From Pyrinomonadaceae bacterium (lineage in GTDB: Bacteria; Acidobacteriota; Blastocatellia; Pyrinomonadales; Pyrinomonadaceae), in assembly GCA_046313635.1 (NCBI GenBank), contig JBKBYA010000001.1, positions 958,679-1,022,678 on the forward strand: DNA of 64,000 nt, written 5' to 3'. Shown here piece after piece: positions 47,779 through 58,162 of this stretch. The notes under the pieces are model-generated. The model was not told where the DNA came from and ran no database searches. It was given only the letters and a program-made list of their open reading frames with translations. Each line of letters starts with the position of its first letter. Position 1 is the first letter of the stretch. The position numbers were made by a program, and so were the translations under genes.

Positions 47779-49068
47779 CTAGGCGATCTCGCCTAGCGCG
47801 TCGCGAGCTGCTGCGATCGTGCGGTCGATGTCGTCGTCGGAATGCGCGGCGGAGATGAAGCACGCCTCGAACTGCGACGGCGGAAGATAAACGCCGCGTT
47901 CGAGCATCGCGCCGAAAAAGGCTGCGAACTTCGACGTGTCCGACGTCTTGGCCGAATCAAAGTCGGTCACCGCGCTCTCGGTAAAGAACAGCGTGAACAT
48001 CGACCCGACGCGATTGATCGTCCAACTCATCCCCAATTCGGCCATCGCGTCCCGCAGGCCGCTCTCGAGACGCTCGCCGCTCGCTTCGAGCCGCGCGTAG
48101 AACTGCGGATCTTCGTCGATCGCCGACAGCGTCTCGATGCCGGCGGTCATCGCAAGCGGATTGCCCGAGAGAGTTCCGGCCTGATAGACCGGGCCTGCGG
48201 GAGCGACCATCTGCATGATGTCGCGTCGCCCGCCGTACGCGCCGACCGGCAGCCCGCCGCCGATGATCTTGCCGAACGTCACGAGATCGGCCGAGATGCC
48301 GTACAGCTCCTGAGCTCCGCCGCGAGCGACGCGAAATCCGCTCATCACCTCGTCAAAGATCAGCAGCGTGCCCTCGGCCGAGCAGAGGTTTCTGAGTCCC
48401 GAGAGAAATTCAGCGTCGGCCGCGACGCAGCCCATATTGCCCGCGACGGGTTCGATAAAAACAGCCGCGATGTCGCCGCGATTTTCCGCAAAGAGCCGCT
48501 CGACCGAAGCGAGGTCGTTGTACCGCGCGTTCAAAGTGTCGCGCGCCGTCGCCGCGGTAACGCCGGGCGAGTCGGGCAGGCCGAGCGTCGCGACGCCCGA
48601 GCCCGCTTTGCTCAAGAACGAATCGCCGTGACCGTGATAGCAGCCATCGAATTTGACGATCTTGCTCCGGCCCGTGAATCCGCGTGCAAGCCGCATCGCG
48701 CTCATCGTAGCCTCGGTGCCGGAGTTGACCATTCGCACAAGCTCGATCGACGGGACAAACTTCTTGACGAGCTTTGCGAGTTCGATCTCCTTCGCGGAAC
48801 TCGCGCCAAAGCTCGTGCTGTCCTCGGCGGCGCGTTTGATCGCGTCGATCACGCGTTCGTGCGCGTGGCCGAGGATCATCGGGCCCCACGATCCGATGTA
48901 ATCGATAAACTCGTTGCCGTCGACGTCGGTCATCCGCGAGCCTTTTGCGCGGCTGATGAAAAGCGGATCGCGGCCGACCGAGCGAAAGGCGCGGACCGGC
49001 GAATTGACGCCGCCCGGCATCTGCTCCTGCGCCTCGCGAAATAGTTCTGTACTGCGTGTCGTATTCAT
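47779..49068 (-). CDS. hemL: Glutamate-1-semialdehyde 2,1-aminomutase
   Basis: [51 protein letters not shown]. Confidence 0.96.
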   Translation of the reverse strand: MNTTRSTELFREAQEQMPGGVNSPVRAFRSVGRDPLFISRAKGSRMTDVDGNEFIDYIGSWGPMILGHAHERVIDAIKRAAEDSTSFGASSAKEIELAKLVKKFVPSIELVRMVNSGTEATMSAMRLARGFTGRSKIVKFDGCYHGHGDSFLSKAGSGVATLGLPDSPGVTAATARDTLNARYNDLASVERLFAENRGDIAAVFIEPVAGNMGCVAADAEFLSGLRNLCSAEGTLLIFDEVMSGFRVARGGAQELYGISADLVTFGKIIGGGLPVGAYGGRRDIMQMVAPAGPVYQAGTLSGNPLAMTAGIETLSAIDEDPQFYARLEASGERLESGLRDAMAELGMSWTINRVGSMFTLFFTESAVTDFDSAKTSDTSKFAAFFGAMLERGVYLPPSQFEACFISAAHSDDDIDRTIAAARDALGEIA

Positions 49069-49080
49069 TTCAAAAAGATC

Positions 49081-49179
49081 TGCCTGTGCGTCCTTTGCGA
49101 AAACTTTGCGTGCTTTGCGGTTTGCTCTTTTTTTAACCGCAAAGATCGCAAAGCGAAGAACGCAGAGGTCGCAAAGGCA
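49081..49179. repeat. Solo 9-nt-periodic inverted repeat (CTTTGCG x4 / CGCAAAG x4)
   Basis: Arms 49081-49122 and 49135-49179 are imperfect reverse complements; lies between hemB and hemL. Confidence 0.85.
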
Positions 49180-49185
49180 ATCGGT

Positions 49186-50184
49186 CTAACTTTGTTTCCT
49201 TAATAGCGCTGCCGCTTCTTTGGCGAAGTAGGTGATGATCACGTCTGCACCGGCGCGTTTTATCGAGGTCAGTATCTCTATCATCACCTTTTCGCCGTCG
49301 AGCCAGCCGTTTTGCGCGGCGGCTTTGACCATCGAATATTCGCCGCTCACGTTGTACGCGGCGATCGGCATGTTGAAAGTGTCTTTGGTCCGCCGGATCA
49401 CGTCGAGGTACGAGAGCGCCGGTTTGACCATCACGATATCGGCGCCTTCCTGAATGTCGAGCGCGATCTCGCGCATCGCTTCGTCAGAGTTGCCGAGGTC
49501 CATCTGGTACGTCTTGCGGTCGCCGAACTGCGGCGTCGATTCGGCCGCCTCGCGAAACGGGCCGTAAAAACCCGACGCGTACTTTGCCGAGTAGGCCATG
49601 ATCGGAATGTTCTGAAAGCCGTTGGCGTCGAGCGCCGTGCGGATCGCAGCGATGCGGCCGTCCATCATATCGCTCGGCGCGATGATGTCGGCACCGCTTT
49701 GCGCGTGCGAGACGGCTTCTTTGGCGAGCAGCTCGAGTGTCCTATCGTTATCGACGTAGCCGTCCTCGACCACGCCGCAGTGGCCGTGCGATGTGTATTC
49801 GCAGAGGCAGACGTCGGTCACGATGACCATATCGGGATAGCTCTCTTTGACCGCACGCGTCGCCTTTTGAATGATGCCGTCGTCGGCGTACGCGCCTGAG
49901 CCGACCTCGTCCTTTTCGTTCGGGATGCCGAAGAGAATTACCGAATTCACGCCGACTTGCCGCAGCTCCTCGCACTCGCGAAGCACGTTGTCGATCGAGA
50001 GCTGAAACTGCCCCGGCATCGACGAGATCTCTCGTTTGACGCTGTCGCCCTCGACGATAAAAAGCGGATAGATAAAGTCGCTCGCCGACAGCATCGTCTC
50101 GCGAAACATCTCTCGCAGCGCCGACGTCCGCCGCAGACGCCGAAGCCTCGTAACGGGAAAAGATGGCTGGATAAAATTGCTCAT
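49186..50184 (-). CDS. hemB: Porphobilinogen synthase
   Basis: [45 protein letters not shown]. Confidence 0.96.
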   Translation of the reverse strand: MSNFIQPSFPVTRLRRLRRTSALREMFRETMLSASDFIYPLFIVEGDSVKREISSMPGQFQLSIDNVLRECEELRQVGVNSVILFGIPNEKDEVGSGAYADDGIIQKATRAVKESYPDMVIVTDVCLCEYTSHGHCGVVEDGYVDNDRTLELLAKEAVSHAQSGADIIAPSDMMDGRIAAIRTALDANGFQNIPIMAYSAKYASGFYGPFREAAESTPQFGDRKTYQMDLGNSDEAMREIALDIQEGADIVMVKPALSYLDVIRRTKDTFNMPIAAYNVSGEYSMVKAAAQNGWLDGEKVMIEILTSIKRAGADVIITYFAKEAAALLRKQS

Positions 50185-50200
50185 TCAAATACTGCTGATG

Positions 50201-50301
50201 TCTCTGCGTCCTCTGCGAAAACCTCCGCGTTCTCTGCGTTGAAAGTGGACAAAGCGAATTTTCAACACAGACGACGCCGAGATAGTCGCAGAGACCGCAG
50301 G
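50201..50301. repeat. Solo 9-nt-periodic inverted repeat (CTCTGCG / CGCAGAG)
   Basis: Arms 50201-50244 and 50260-50301; lies between hemY and hemB. Confidence 0.85.
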
Positions 50302-50308
50302 CAAAAAA

Positions 50309-51643
50309 CTATGAGCCCATGCTCAAATATTCGTTAACGTCCGCGGCGGTCTGGAACGCATTCTTGACGCAGTCGCCCATCGAGATGCCGCGGTAAAAAT
50401 TGCTGCAAAAATAGAGGCCCGGATTCTGCTTTTCAAATGCCGCGCAGGCCTCTGTCACCTTTTCATACCCGACGCGATACTGCGGTATCGCACGCCGCCA
50501 ACGCTTGAGATGAAACAGCTCGGGTTCGCCCTTGACGCCGATCAGCTCGCGGAGCTGCGCGACGACGAGCGATCTCACTTCTTCATCACTCATCTGATCG
50601 AGCCCTTCACCCGAACGCACGCCGCCGATAAAGGTCATCAGCAAATGTCGGCCGTTCGGAGCTCGCTCGGGAAATACGGCCGAGTGAAAGAGCGTGCCGA
50701 GTATCGGCCGCTCCTCTCGGCTCGCGATCAGAAAGCCGAAGCCGTCGAGATCTCTGCCGATCTGCTCCTTTTTGAAAGCCGTCACCGCGACCGCCACTTG
50801 CGGATATTTTACACTCGCAAGCTTCTCGGCGAGCTCGGCGTCGCGGTCTCGTACGAGTTCGGCCGCGACCCACGCAGGCGTCGAGACGACGACCGCGTCA
50901 AACTCATGGCCGTTGATGCGGAATGTGCGGCCTTCGATCTGTTCGATCCTATCGACCGGCGCCGCGCGGTTGATCTGCTCTTCGCCGATCTCGTCGGCGA
51001 GCTTCTTGATCAGCGTCGTGAGACCGCCGCGGAACGAGAATGTGCGCGGAAATGCGGGATCGGCCTTCTCGACCTTTCGCCGCAGCGTGCCCATGATGAG
51101 GCTGCCAAAATCGCGCTCCATTTCGTAGAGCTTCGGAAACGCCGAACGCATGCTCAGATCGTACGGGTCGCCCGCGTAGACGCCGGAGACGAAAGGATCG
51201 ATGGCCTTGTCGAGAAACTCGCGCGAGATGCGCCGCGTGACAAACTCGGCGACCGATTCACCCTCCGGCGACCTTGACCGAACAAACGGCTCGCGCGCGA
51301 GAGCGAGGATCGTCTTTAGAGAAAAGTAGCCGTTGATAAACGACTTCGGTCCCATCGGTTCGAGGCGGCCGCCCCAGAGAATGTATCGCTTTTGCGCCGC
51401 GGGGTCGGCGGCGACGACCTCGCTCTCGAGGCCGAGCATCTTGACGAGATCGACGAGACGCGGCGATCGGAGCAGGCTGTTCGGGCCCTGCTCGATGATG
51501 TAGCCGTCCTTTTGGGTCGTTTGAATGTTGCCGCCGATGTCGGCCGAGGCCTCGAAGACGCGCACGTCCACGCCTCTCCGTTTTAAGAGAAAGGCCGTCG
51601 TGAGGCCCGAGATACCGCCGCCGATGACCGCTGCTTTTTTCAT
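50309..51643 (-). CDS. hemY: FAD-dependent protoporphyrinogen/coproporphyrinogen oxidase (HemY type)
   Basis: VIGGGISGL, EQGPNS, SGVYAGD, GFGFL, AIPQY. Confidence 0.92.
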   Translation of the reverse strand: MKKAAVIGGGISGLTTAFLLKRRGVDVRVFEASADIGGNIQTTQKDGYIIEQGPNSLLRSPRLVDLVKMLGLESEVVAADPAAQKRYILWGGRLEPMGPKSFINGYFSLKTILALAREPFVRSRSPEGESVAEFVTRRISREFLDKAIDPFVSGVYAGDPYDLSMRSAFPKLYEMERDFGSLIMGTLRRKVEKADPAFPRTFSFRGGLTTLIKKLADEIGEEQINRAAPVDRIEQIEGRTFRINGHEFDAVVVSTPAWVAAELVRDRDAELAEKLASVKYPQVAVAVTAFKKEQIGRDLDGFGFLIASREERPILGTLFHSAVFPERAPNGRHLLMTFIGGVRSGEGLDQMSDEEVRSLVVAQLRELIGVKGEPELFHLKRWRRAIPQYRVGYEKVTEACAAFEKQNPGLYFCSNFYRGISMGDCVKNAFQTAADVNEYLSMGS

Positions 51644-51647
51644 TTCG

Positions 51648-52652
51648 CTACGATGCTCCGGCCGCTGTCGAAGCCGACGCTCCGATCTTTTCGGCGACGA
51701 GCTGCGCAAGCGCGTCGATGAATTTCGGCGAGTCGTTGAGACCGACGGTCACCTCGTACTGCCTCACGCCGGCCTCTGCGGCCTGGCGGCGATATTCGAT
51801 GCCGAGCTCAAACAGAGTTTCGAGATGGTCTGACGCAAACGCGACGGGCACGAGCAGCATGTCGCGGACGCCCTCCGCTGCGAGGCGCCGGATCGTGTCG
51901 GGCGTCGACGGCTCGAGCCATTTGAGCGGGCCGACCTTTGACTGGTAGCAGAGGTGATGCGGCTGCGTGTAGCCGCCGCGCCGCATTATCGCGTCGACGG
52001 TCTTTGCGATCTGATGCGAGTACGGGTCGCCCTCGCGGACGAGCTTCATCGGCGTGCCGTGGGCGCTGAAGAGAATGTTCACCTCATCGCGCCGCTCGGC
52101 GGGAAAGCGCTCGAGCGCCTGATCGATCCGCTCCACAAGCGCGTCGATGTAGGGCGGGAAGTCAAAGTACGATTCGACCAGCTCCGTTTCCAAACTTATG
52201 CCGCGTTCGGCGACGCACTTTTCCCATTCCTTGAGACTCGACAGCGTCGTCGCCTTGGAGTACTGCGGGTAGAGCGGCAGCAGCACGACGCGCCGAATGC
52301 CGTCGCGTTCGATCGCGTCAAGGGCGTCATCGGTCGAGGGCCGCCAGTAGCGCATCGCAACATAAACCCTCGCGTCGATGCCGCGACGCTCGAGCTCTCG
52401 TTCGAGTAATGCTGCCTGTTGCTCGGTCAGCTCGCGGATCGGCGAGCGGCCGCCCATCTGTTTGTACTGCTCCGACACGCCGGGAGCACGCCGTGTCGAG
52501 ATCAGCTTTGCAAGACGTTTGCGAAACAAGAACGCCAGAGGGAAGTCGATGATGTCCGGATCGGAAAAGAGATTGAACAAAAACGGCTCGACCGCCTCGA
52601 GCGAGTCAGGCCCGCCAAGGTTAAGCATTACGACGCCGATCGTTTCTTTCAT
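51648..52652 (-). CDS. hemH: Ferrochelatase
   Basis: NLGGP, GRSPI, AMRYWRP, PLYPQYS, FSAHG, QSKVGP..WLEP, DHLETLFE. Confidence 0.95.
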   Translation of the reverse strand: MKETIGVVMLNLGGPDSLEAVEPFLFNLFSDPDIIDFPLAFLFRKRLAKLISTRRAPGVSEQYKQMGGRSPIRELTEQQAALLERELERRGIDARVYVAMRYWRPSTDDALDAIERDGIRRVVLLPLYPQYSKATTLSSLKEWEKCVAERGISLETELVESYFDFPPYIDALVERIDQALERFPAERRDEVNILFSAHGTPMKLVREGDPYSHQIAKTVDAIMRRGGYTQPHHLCYQSKVGPLKWLEPSTPDTIRRLAAEGVRDMLLVPVAFASDHLETLFELGIEYRRQAAEAGVRQYEVTVGLNDSPKFIDALAQLVAEKIGASASTAAGAS

Positions 52653-52670
52653 AACTCCGATAATTTTATG

Positions 52671-52770
52671 CTCAGCGTTCTCGGCGGAGATCTCTGCGTT
52701 CTCTGCGTTAAAAGCAGCCGCGAAGAGAGTCGACGCAGATGTCGCGGAGATATACGCCGAGAACGCAGCG
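52671..52770. repeat. Solo 9-nt-periodic inverted repeat (CTCTGCG / CGCAGAG)
   Basis: Arms 52671-52709 and 52732-52770; lies between hemN and hemH. Confidence 0.85.
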
Positions 52771-52779
52771 GGCCTGGTG

Positions 52780-54171
52780 CTAGACCGTTTTCGAGAAGAC
52801 CGGCTTCTCGCGCGTCATCTTTTCGAGATAAGCGTCAAAGCACATCGCGATGTTGCGTATGATCAGTATGCCCGAGCCGATGACGCGGATCGCGTCGGTA
52901 TCGTTCGAGACGAGCCCTTCTTTAATAAATGGATCCAGCTTTGGGATGTCGTCGCGAAAGTACTCTTCGAAATCGATCCCGAACTTCCGCTCCATCGCGC
53001 GTTTGTCGAGCTTGAGATCGCACATCACCTGCATGATCGCTTCTTTGCGGATGTGATCGTCCTCGGTCATCCGATAGCCGACGTATGTCGCCGGCCGGCC
53101 CGCGTCGATACGTGCGTAATACGCTTTGAAATCCTTTTGATTCTGGGCGTAGATGTTCTCAAACTGGCTGATCGCCGACATGCCGAATGCATATAGATCG
53201 GCGCCGGCCTTGGTCGAGTAGCCCTGAAAGTTTCGGTAAAGCGTGCCTTCTTTTTGCGCGACGGCGAGCTCGTCGGCCGGCTTGGCAAAGTGGTCCATGC
53301 CGATGTACTCGTAGCCGGCGCCGGTGAGCTTTTCGCTCGTCATTTTGAGAATGGCGAGCCGCTCGTCGGGCGTCGGCATCGCCTCGGCGGGCATCACGGA
53401 CTGATGCTTCTTGAGCCACGGCACGTGGGCGTAGTTAAAGACGGCGATGCGGTCGGGCGAGATGTCGATGACCTTGTCGACCGTTGCAGAGAAGCTCTCG
53501 AGCGTCTGGTACGGCAGGCCGTAGATGAGGTCGAGATTGATGCTCTGAAAGCCGAACTCGCGCGCCCACGCGACGGTCTGCCGCGTGATCTCTTCGGACT
53601 GCACGCGGTTGATCGCCTCCTGCACCCGGCGATCAAAATCCTGCACGCCGAAACTCGTGCGATTGAATCCGATCTTCGCGAATGCCTCGATGTGCTCGCG
53701 GGTCAGGTTTCGCGGATCGATCTCGATGCTCGCCTCGACGTCGTCGGCAATGTCGAATCGCTCGCGGATGTAATTCCCGACGTCGACGATCTCTTCGGGC
53801 AGCAAGTGCGACGGCGTGCCGCCGCCCCAGTGCATCTGCACGACCCTGCGCCGTTTTGAGATCAGCGGCGCGATCAGATCGATCTCGCGTTTGATGTAGT
53901 CGTTGTACTGAGCGATGAGCTGCCGGTCGTGCGAGACGCGCATATTGCAGCCGCAGAAGTAGCAGAGCTTGGCGCAGAAAGGGAAGTGAAAGTACAGCGA
54001 CAGCGGGCCCGTGGCGGCGCCGCCGGCGTTTGTCTCCTCGATCTCACGGCGAAAGTCGGCGTCGGTGAACGCGCTCGAAAAGACCGGAGCCGTCGGGTAC
54101 GACGTGTAACGCGGGCCCTGAGCGTTGAACTTTTTCAGAACGCCAAAATCGATATGTCTCGTGTCGCTCAT
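52780..54171 (-). CDS. hemN: Oxygen-independent coproporphyrinogen III dehydrogenase
   Basis: GPRYTSYPTA, HFPFCAKLCYFCGC radical-SAM motif, GGGTPS, GMDHFA, RNFQGY. Confidence 0.95.
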   Translation of the reverse strand: MSDTRHIDFGVLKKFNAQGPRYTSYPTAPVFSSAFTDADFRREIEETNAGGAATGPLSLYFHFPFCAKLCYFCGCNMRVSHDRQLIAQYNDYIKREIDLIAPLISKRRRVVQMHWGGGTPSHLLPEEIVDVGNYIRERFDIADDVEASIEIDPRNLTREHIEAFAKIGFNRTSFGVQDFDRRVQEAINRVQSEEITRQTVAWAREFGFQSINLDLIYGLPYQTLESFSATVDKVIDISPDRIAVFNYAHVPWLKKHQSVMPAEAMPTPDERLAILKMTSEKLTGAGYEYIGMDHFAKPADELAVAQKEGTLYRNFQGYSTKAGADLYAFGMSAISQFENIYAQNQKDFKAYYARIDAGRPATYVGYRMTEDDHIRKEAIMQVMCDLKLDKRAMERKFGIDFEEYFRDDIPKLDPFIKEGLVSNDTDAIRVIGSGILIIRNIAMCFDAYLEKMTREKPVFSKTV

Positions 54172-55223
54172 TGCTGTACTGCTCTCTCGTGATATTTGCC
54201 GCTGAGCTCTTTTACGCACTCGACCAGATACCTGGCGTTCTCGGGCGGCACCGTCGGCAGGATGCCGTGGCCGAGATTGAATATGTGGCCCGACCCGCGG
54301 CCGAATCGCTCGAGCACGCGCTCGGTCTCGGCGCGGATCTTGTCCTTTGACGCAATCAGAACGCACGGGTCGAGATTGCCCTGGATGGCCTTGCCGCCCG
54401 CCTGAGCGCGCGCTTCGCCGATGTCCTTTGTCCAGTCGATGCCGATCACGTCGCACTTGAGATCGGCGAGCTTCGACGTATCGCTGATCCCTTTTGGAAA
54501 CACGATCACCGGAGCTCCGCCGGTCTCGAGCCGCTCGCAGATATATCGAATGTAGCGAAGCGAAAATTCTTCAAAGTCCCACGGCGACAAAACGCCCGCC
54601 CACGTGTCGAAGATCTGCACCGCGTCGCAGCCCGCACGGATCTTTGCGTTGAGATAATCGACGACCGCGTCGGAGAGCTTTTGCAGCAGAGCATGCGCGG
54701 CCGCCGGCTCGTTGAAGATGAATCGCTTGATCTGATCAAAGTTTTTCGTGCCTTTGCCCTCGACCATGTAGGTCGCGAGCGTCCACGGCGCGCCCGCGAA
54801 GCCGATCAGCGGCACGCGCCCCGCGAGCTTTTGTTTCGTAAGTTTGATCGCGTCAAAAACGTATTGCAGGCGATCGGTGATCGCGTCGGTGTTGAGCCGC
54901 TCGACGTCGCCTGCGGTGCGAATGGGATCGTCAAAGGTCGGGCCTTTCGATTCGACGATCTCGAGCTTCATTCCCATCGCCTCGGGGATGACGAGAATGT
55001 CCGAGAAAAGTATCGCCGCATCGACGCCGATGATATCGACCGGCTGCACCGTGACCTCGGCCGCAAGCTCGGGCGTCTTGCAGAGCGTCAGGAAATCCGT
55101 CCTTTCGCGGATCGCCATGTACTCGGGCAGGTAGCGGCCTGCCTGGCGCATGATCCAGATCGGCGTGCGTTCGGTGTGCTGCGATCGGCAGGCACGGATA
55201 AAAAGTGATTCGTTGCTATTCAA
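54168..55223 (-). CDS. hemE: Uroporphyrinogen decarboxylase
   Basis: WIMRQAGRYLPEY, FSDIL, GFAGAPWTLATY, QGNLDP, NLGHG. Confidence 0.96.
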   Translation of the reverse strand: MNSNESLFIRACRSQHTERTPIWIMRQAGRYLPEYMAIRERTDFLTLCKTPELAAEVTVQPVDIIGVDAAILFSDILVIPEAMGMKLEIVESKGPTFDDPIRTAGDVERLNTDAITDRLQYVFDAIKLTKQKLAGRVPLIGFAGAPWTLATYMVEGKGTKNFDQIKRFIFNEPAAAHALLQKLSDAVVDYLNAKIRAGCDAVQIFDTWAGVLSPWDFEEFSLRYIRYICERLETGGAPVIVFPKGISDTSKLADLKCDVIGIDWTKDIGEARAQAGGKAIQGNLDPCVLIASKDKIRAETERVLERFGRGSGHIFNLGHGILPTVPPENARYLVECVKELSGKYHERAVQQ

Positions 55224-55965
55224 TGTCTTTCAAGTGTGCGATCAGGCCTCGTGCAAAATCGTCCGCTGCCGATCGCTGTGAAATGAACTCGACCTCAAAC
55301 CCGGCGTCCCGCGCCGAGGCGGCCGTCGTCTGACCGATCGCGGCGGCCTTCAAAAATGAGATCTCCCGCTCGTCAAATATCTCGCAAAATCGCTCTACCG
55401 CCGACGGGCTGAAAAAACAGATGCATCGTATCGAACCCTTGCCGATGCGGCGCCGCAGCTCTGCGACAGTATCTTCGTCGATGTCGGCGTGGACGGTTTC
55501 GTAAACGATCGATTCGTCGACCTCAGCCCCGCGTGCTTTGAGCTGCTCGGGTATCTTCCGGAGACTTTTGCTGCCGCGGACAAAGAGGAATCGGCTCCCG
55601 TCCAGCCCCTCGCCGTCGAGCGTCGCGAGCAGCTCGTCTGCACTGCCTGCCGCCGTGCCCACGACCTCGGCTCCGGCGGCCTTCAAGATCGCTCTCGACC
55701 TCTCGCCGACAACGTGGACCCTCGGGGCCGATGCCCGCAGGCTTATCAACTCCTCGGCAAGGACCGAGGCCGCAGCGGAGCTCGTGACGATGACCGCGTC
55801 GTACTCGCCGATGCGTCCGATCTTCTGCCGAATGTCGGAGCGGTCGGCGATCTGGCGTGTCGCGATCAGCTCCAGCTCGATCGTTTCAAACCCGGCCCGG
55901 CGGAGGTGCCAGCAAAAGCCGGCATCGTTCTTGGCGACGACGATCGCTTTTTCGGTCTCGGTCAT
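55216..55965 (-). CDS. hemD: Uroporphyrinogen-III synthase
   Basis: VTSSAA, VYET, FFSPSAV, AIGQTTA; between hemC and hemE. Confidence 0.85.
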   Translation of the reverse strand: MTETEKAIVVAKNDAGFCWHLRRAGFETIELELIATRQIADRSDIRQKIGRIGEYDAVIVTSSAAASVLAEELISLRASAPRVHVVGERSRAILKAAGAEVVGTAAGSADELLATLDGEGLDGSRFLFVRGSKSLRKIPEQLKARGAEVDESIVYETVHADIDEDTVAELRRRIGKGSIRCICFFSPSAVERFCEIFDEREISFLKAAAIGQTTAASARDAGFEVEFISQRSAADDFARGLIAHLKDIE

Positions 55966-56918
55966 CACATCGTCGCATCGCTCGCCGCCTCGGCCTCGAT
56001 GCGGCTCGCGTCCAGCAGCTCGCGCGCGCCTCGGCGGATCATCGCATCGGCCAGCGACACGCCCAGCGCTTCGGCGTCGCCGGCACTGCCCGCCGCCGAC
56101 TCCCGAAAAGCGACCCGGCCGTCGAGGCTGCCGACAAATCCGGTCAGCGTCACCTCGTCGCCCTCAAGGGCGGCGAGAGCTCCGATCGGCACCTGGCAGC
56201 CGCCCTCCAGGCTTCGCAAAAATGCACGCTCGGCTGTGATGCAGATACGCGTTTCGCGGTCGTCCAGTTTCTCAACAACGCCGCGAACGCGCTCGTCGCC
56301 TTCGCGTGTCTCGACCGCTACCGCACCTTGGCCGACGGCCGGCAACAAGATCTCGAACGGAACGATCTGGCTGATCCTTTCTTCAAATCCGAGCCGGTGG
56401 ATCCCGGCAAACGCGAGCACCATTCCGTCGAGCTCCGACTCGTCAAATTTACGCAGACGCGTCGGCACATTGCCGCGTATCTCGACGACCTTGAGATCGG
56501 GCCGGTAGTTAAGCAGCTGGCTGCGGCGGCGCAGGCTGCCGGTCGCGACCGTCGCGCCGGCCGGGAGGTCGTCGATCGTTCCGCCGGACCTGGAAAAGAA
56601 TACGTCGTTCGGCCTCTCGCGCCGGCAGACCGCTCCGATCTCGAGGCCCTCGGGCTGTCGGGTCTGGAGGTCTTTGAGGCTGTGCACGGCGAGATCGATC
56701 GAGCCCTCGAGCAGCTCATTCTCGATCTGCCGCGTAAAAAGTCCCTTGTCGCCGATCTTCGAGAGAGCGATGTCGACGATCTGGTCGCCGGTCGTGTGAA
56801 TGATCTTTATTTGAAATTCATGCTCGGGAAAGATCGCCGCGAGGTTTGTCCTGATATGTTCGGCCTGCCAGAGAGCCAGGTCGCTGCCGCGCGTGCCGAT
56901 GATGAATCTATCGGTCAT
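55965..56918 (-). CDS. hemC: Hydroxymethylbilane synthase
   Basis: IGTRGSDLALWQA, KGLF, AVHSLKD, TGSLRR, RGNVPTRL, LEGGCQVP. Confidence 0.96.
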   Translation of the reverse strand: MTDRFIIGTRGSDLALWQAEHIRTNLAAIFPEHEFQIKIIHTTGDQIVDIALSKIGDKGLFTRQIENELLEGSIDLAVHSLKDLQTRQPEGLEIGAVCRRERPNDVFFSRSGGTIDDLPAGATVATGSLRRRSQLLNYRPDLKVVEIRGNVPTRLRKFDESELDGMVLAFAGIHRLGFEERISQIVPFEILLPAVGQGAVAVETREGDERVRGVVEKLDDRETRICITAERAFLRSLEGGCQVPIGALAALEGDEVTLTGFVGSLDGRVAFRESAAGSAGDAEALGVSLADAMIRRGARELLDASRIEAEAASDATM

Positions 56919-58162
56919 ACGGCGGCCGCGGCGAGAGAGCGGGCCTTCATCGCCCGGAGCCGATCGATGAGATCGAAGTGGCTGGCGAGGTCCTCGCGAA
57001 AATTCCCGTTCGAGTTGGCGTAGAGCCTGTGTATCTCCGAAACGTTGTTAGCCAGAAACGACTTGATCCTGAGCACCTCCTGGGTCTGCGCGGGCGACGG
57101 CTTGACGCCGGTCTTTTCATAATTCGGCAGCAGCGGCAGCGTGTAGTACCAGGTCAGGAAGTCGACCATCTCGCCCATGATCAGCTTTTTGACCTTTGGC
57201 AGGTCTCTAAGCCGGCGCTCGTGGTTGCCGATCGCTATCGTGTTTAGGTCGTCGATGTTCTTGAGTACGACGCCCGGATGCTCGCCGACGCTTGTATCGA
57301 CGTCGCGTGGAACGGCGATGTCGATGATGAGCAGCTTTCGCATCAGCCCGTCGAGATCGGACCTATGAAGTATCGGTTCGGGCGAGCCGGTCGAGCTGAT
57401 GATGATGTCGACCGAGTCAAGACAATACTTGAAATCGGCAAACTCCACGACAGAGCTCTCAAAGGCGCGTTCGCGATCGATCGAATCGAGCAGTTCCTCG
57501 GCATGAGCCCTGGTGCGGTTGGTGACGACGATCTTGCCGACGCGTTTGACGGCGAGCGCCTCGGTCGTCAGCTTGGCCATCTCGCCGGCGCCGATCACCA
57601 TGACGGTACGGCCCTGCAGCGAGCCGAAGGTTCGCTGCGCGAGCTCGACGGCGGCGAGGCTTGCAGACACCGCTCCCTCGTGGATCGCGGTCTCGTTGTA
57701 AACCTGCTTGCCGAGCTTGAATGCACGCTGGAGAAGCTGGTTGAGCACCTTGCCGGTCGTTCCGGCCCGCTTTGCGGCAAAGTACGCGGCACGCAGCTGT
57801 CTGAGGATCTGCAGATCACCGATCACCTTGCTGTCGATGCTTGTCGATACATGAAAGAGCTGCTGGCAGGCCGAGCATGAGATCTGCTCAAAAAAGTGAG
57901 CGTCCTCGACCTCGCCTTCCGCACCCTTGAATTCGATCAGCAGGCGCTTGTATCGATCGATATCGAGGTCGGCCGATTCGCTCACGCCGTACACCTCGGT
58001 GCGATTGCACGTCGAGAGCACCATGCACTCCGAGAGCGTCTCGCCGAGGCGCGCGAGCAGCGGTTGGAGCTCGTTCTCGGTGACGTACAACTTTTCCCGG
58101 ATCTCGACGGGAGCCGTTTTGTGATTGAGGCCAAAAGCGAAAAGCGTCTTGGGTTGCGTCAT
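56915..58162 (-). CDS. hemA: Glutamyl-tRNA reductase
   Basis: GLNHKTAPVEIRE, LSTCNRTE, IGAGEM, DIAVPRD; divergent C-terminus. Confidence 0.93.
   Translation of the reverse strand: MTQPKTLFAFGLNHKTAPVEIREKLYVTENELQPLLARLGETLSECMVLSTCNRTEVYGVSESADLDIDRYKRLLIEFKGAEGEVEDAHFFEQISCSACQQLFHVSTSIDSKVIGDLQILRQLRAAYFAAKRAGTTGKVLNQLLQRAFKLGKQVYNETAIHEGAVSASLAAVELAQRTFGSLQGRTVMVIGAGEMAKLTTEALAVKRVGKIVVTNRTRAHAEELLDSIDRERAFESSVVEFADFKYCLDSVDIIISSTGSPEPILHRSDLDGLMRKLLIIDIAVPRDVDTSVGEHPGVVLKNIDDLNTIAIGNHERRLRDLPKVKKLIMGEMVDFLTWYYTLPLLPNYEKTGVKPSPAQTQEVLRIKSFLANNVSEIHRLYANSNGNFREDLASHFDLIDRLRAMKARSLAAAAV

Noticed and set aside
49081..52770. Periodic repeats as CRISPR arrays or simple terminators
   Set aside because: No identical direct repeats with unique spacers and no cas genes. 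The palindromes are long, inside an operon and lack a consistent U-tract.
54172..54456. N-terminal extension of HemN in the ORF track (similar extensions for HemY, NCS1, MmsA, UvrC-like and the 44763 kinase)
   Set aside because: These overlap upstream genes or repeats. Downstream starts match family N-termini and stop-start coupling.
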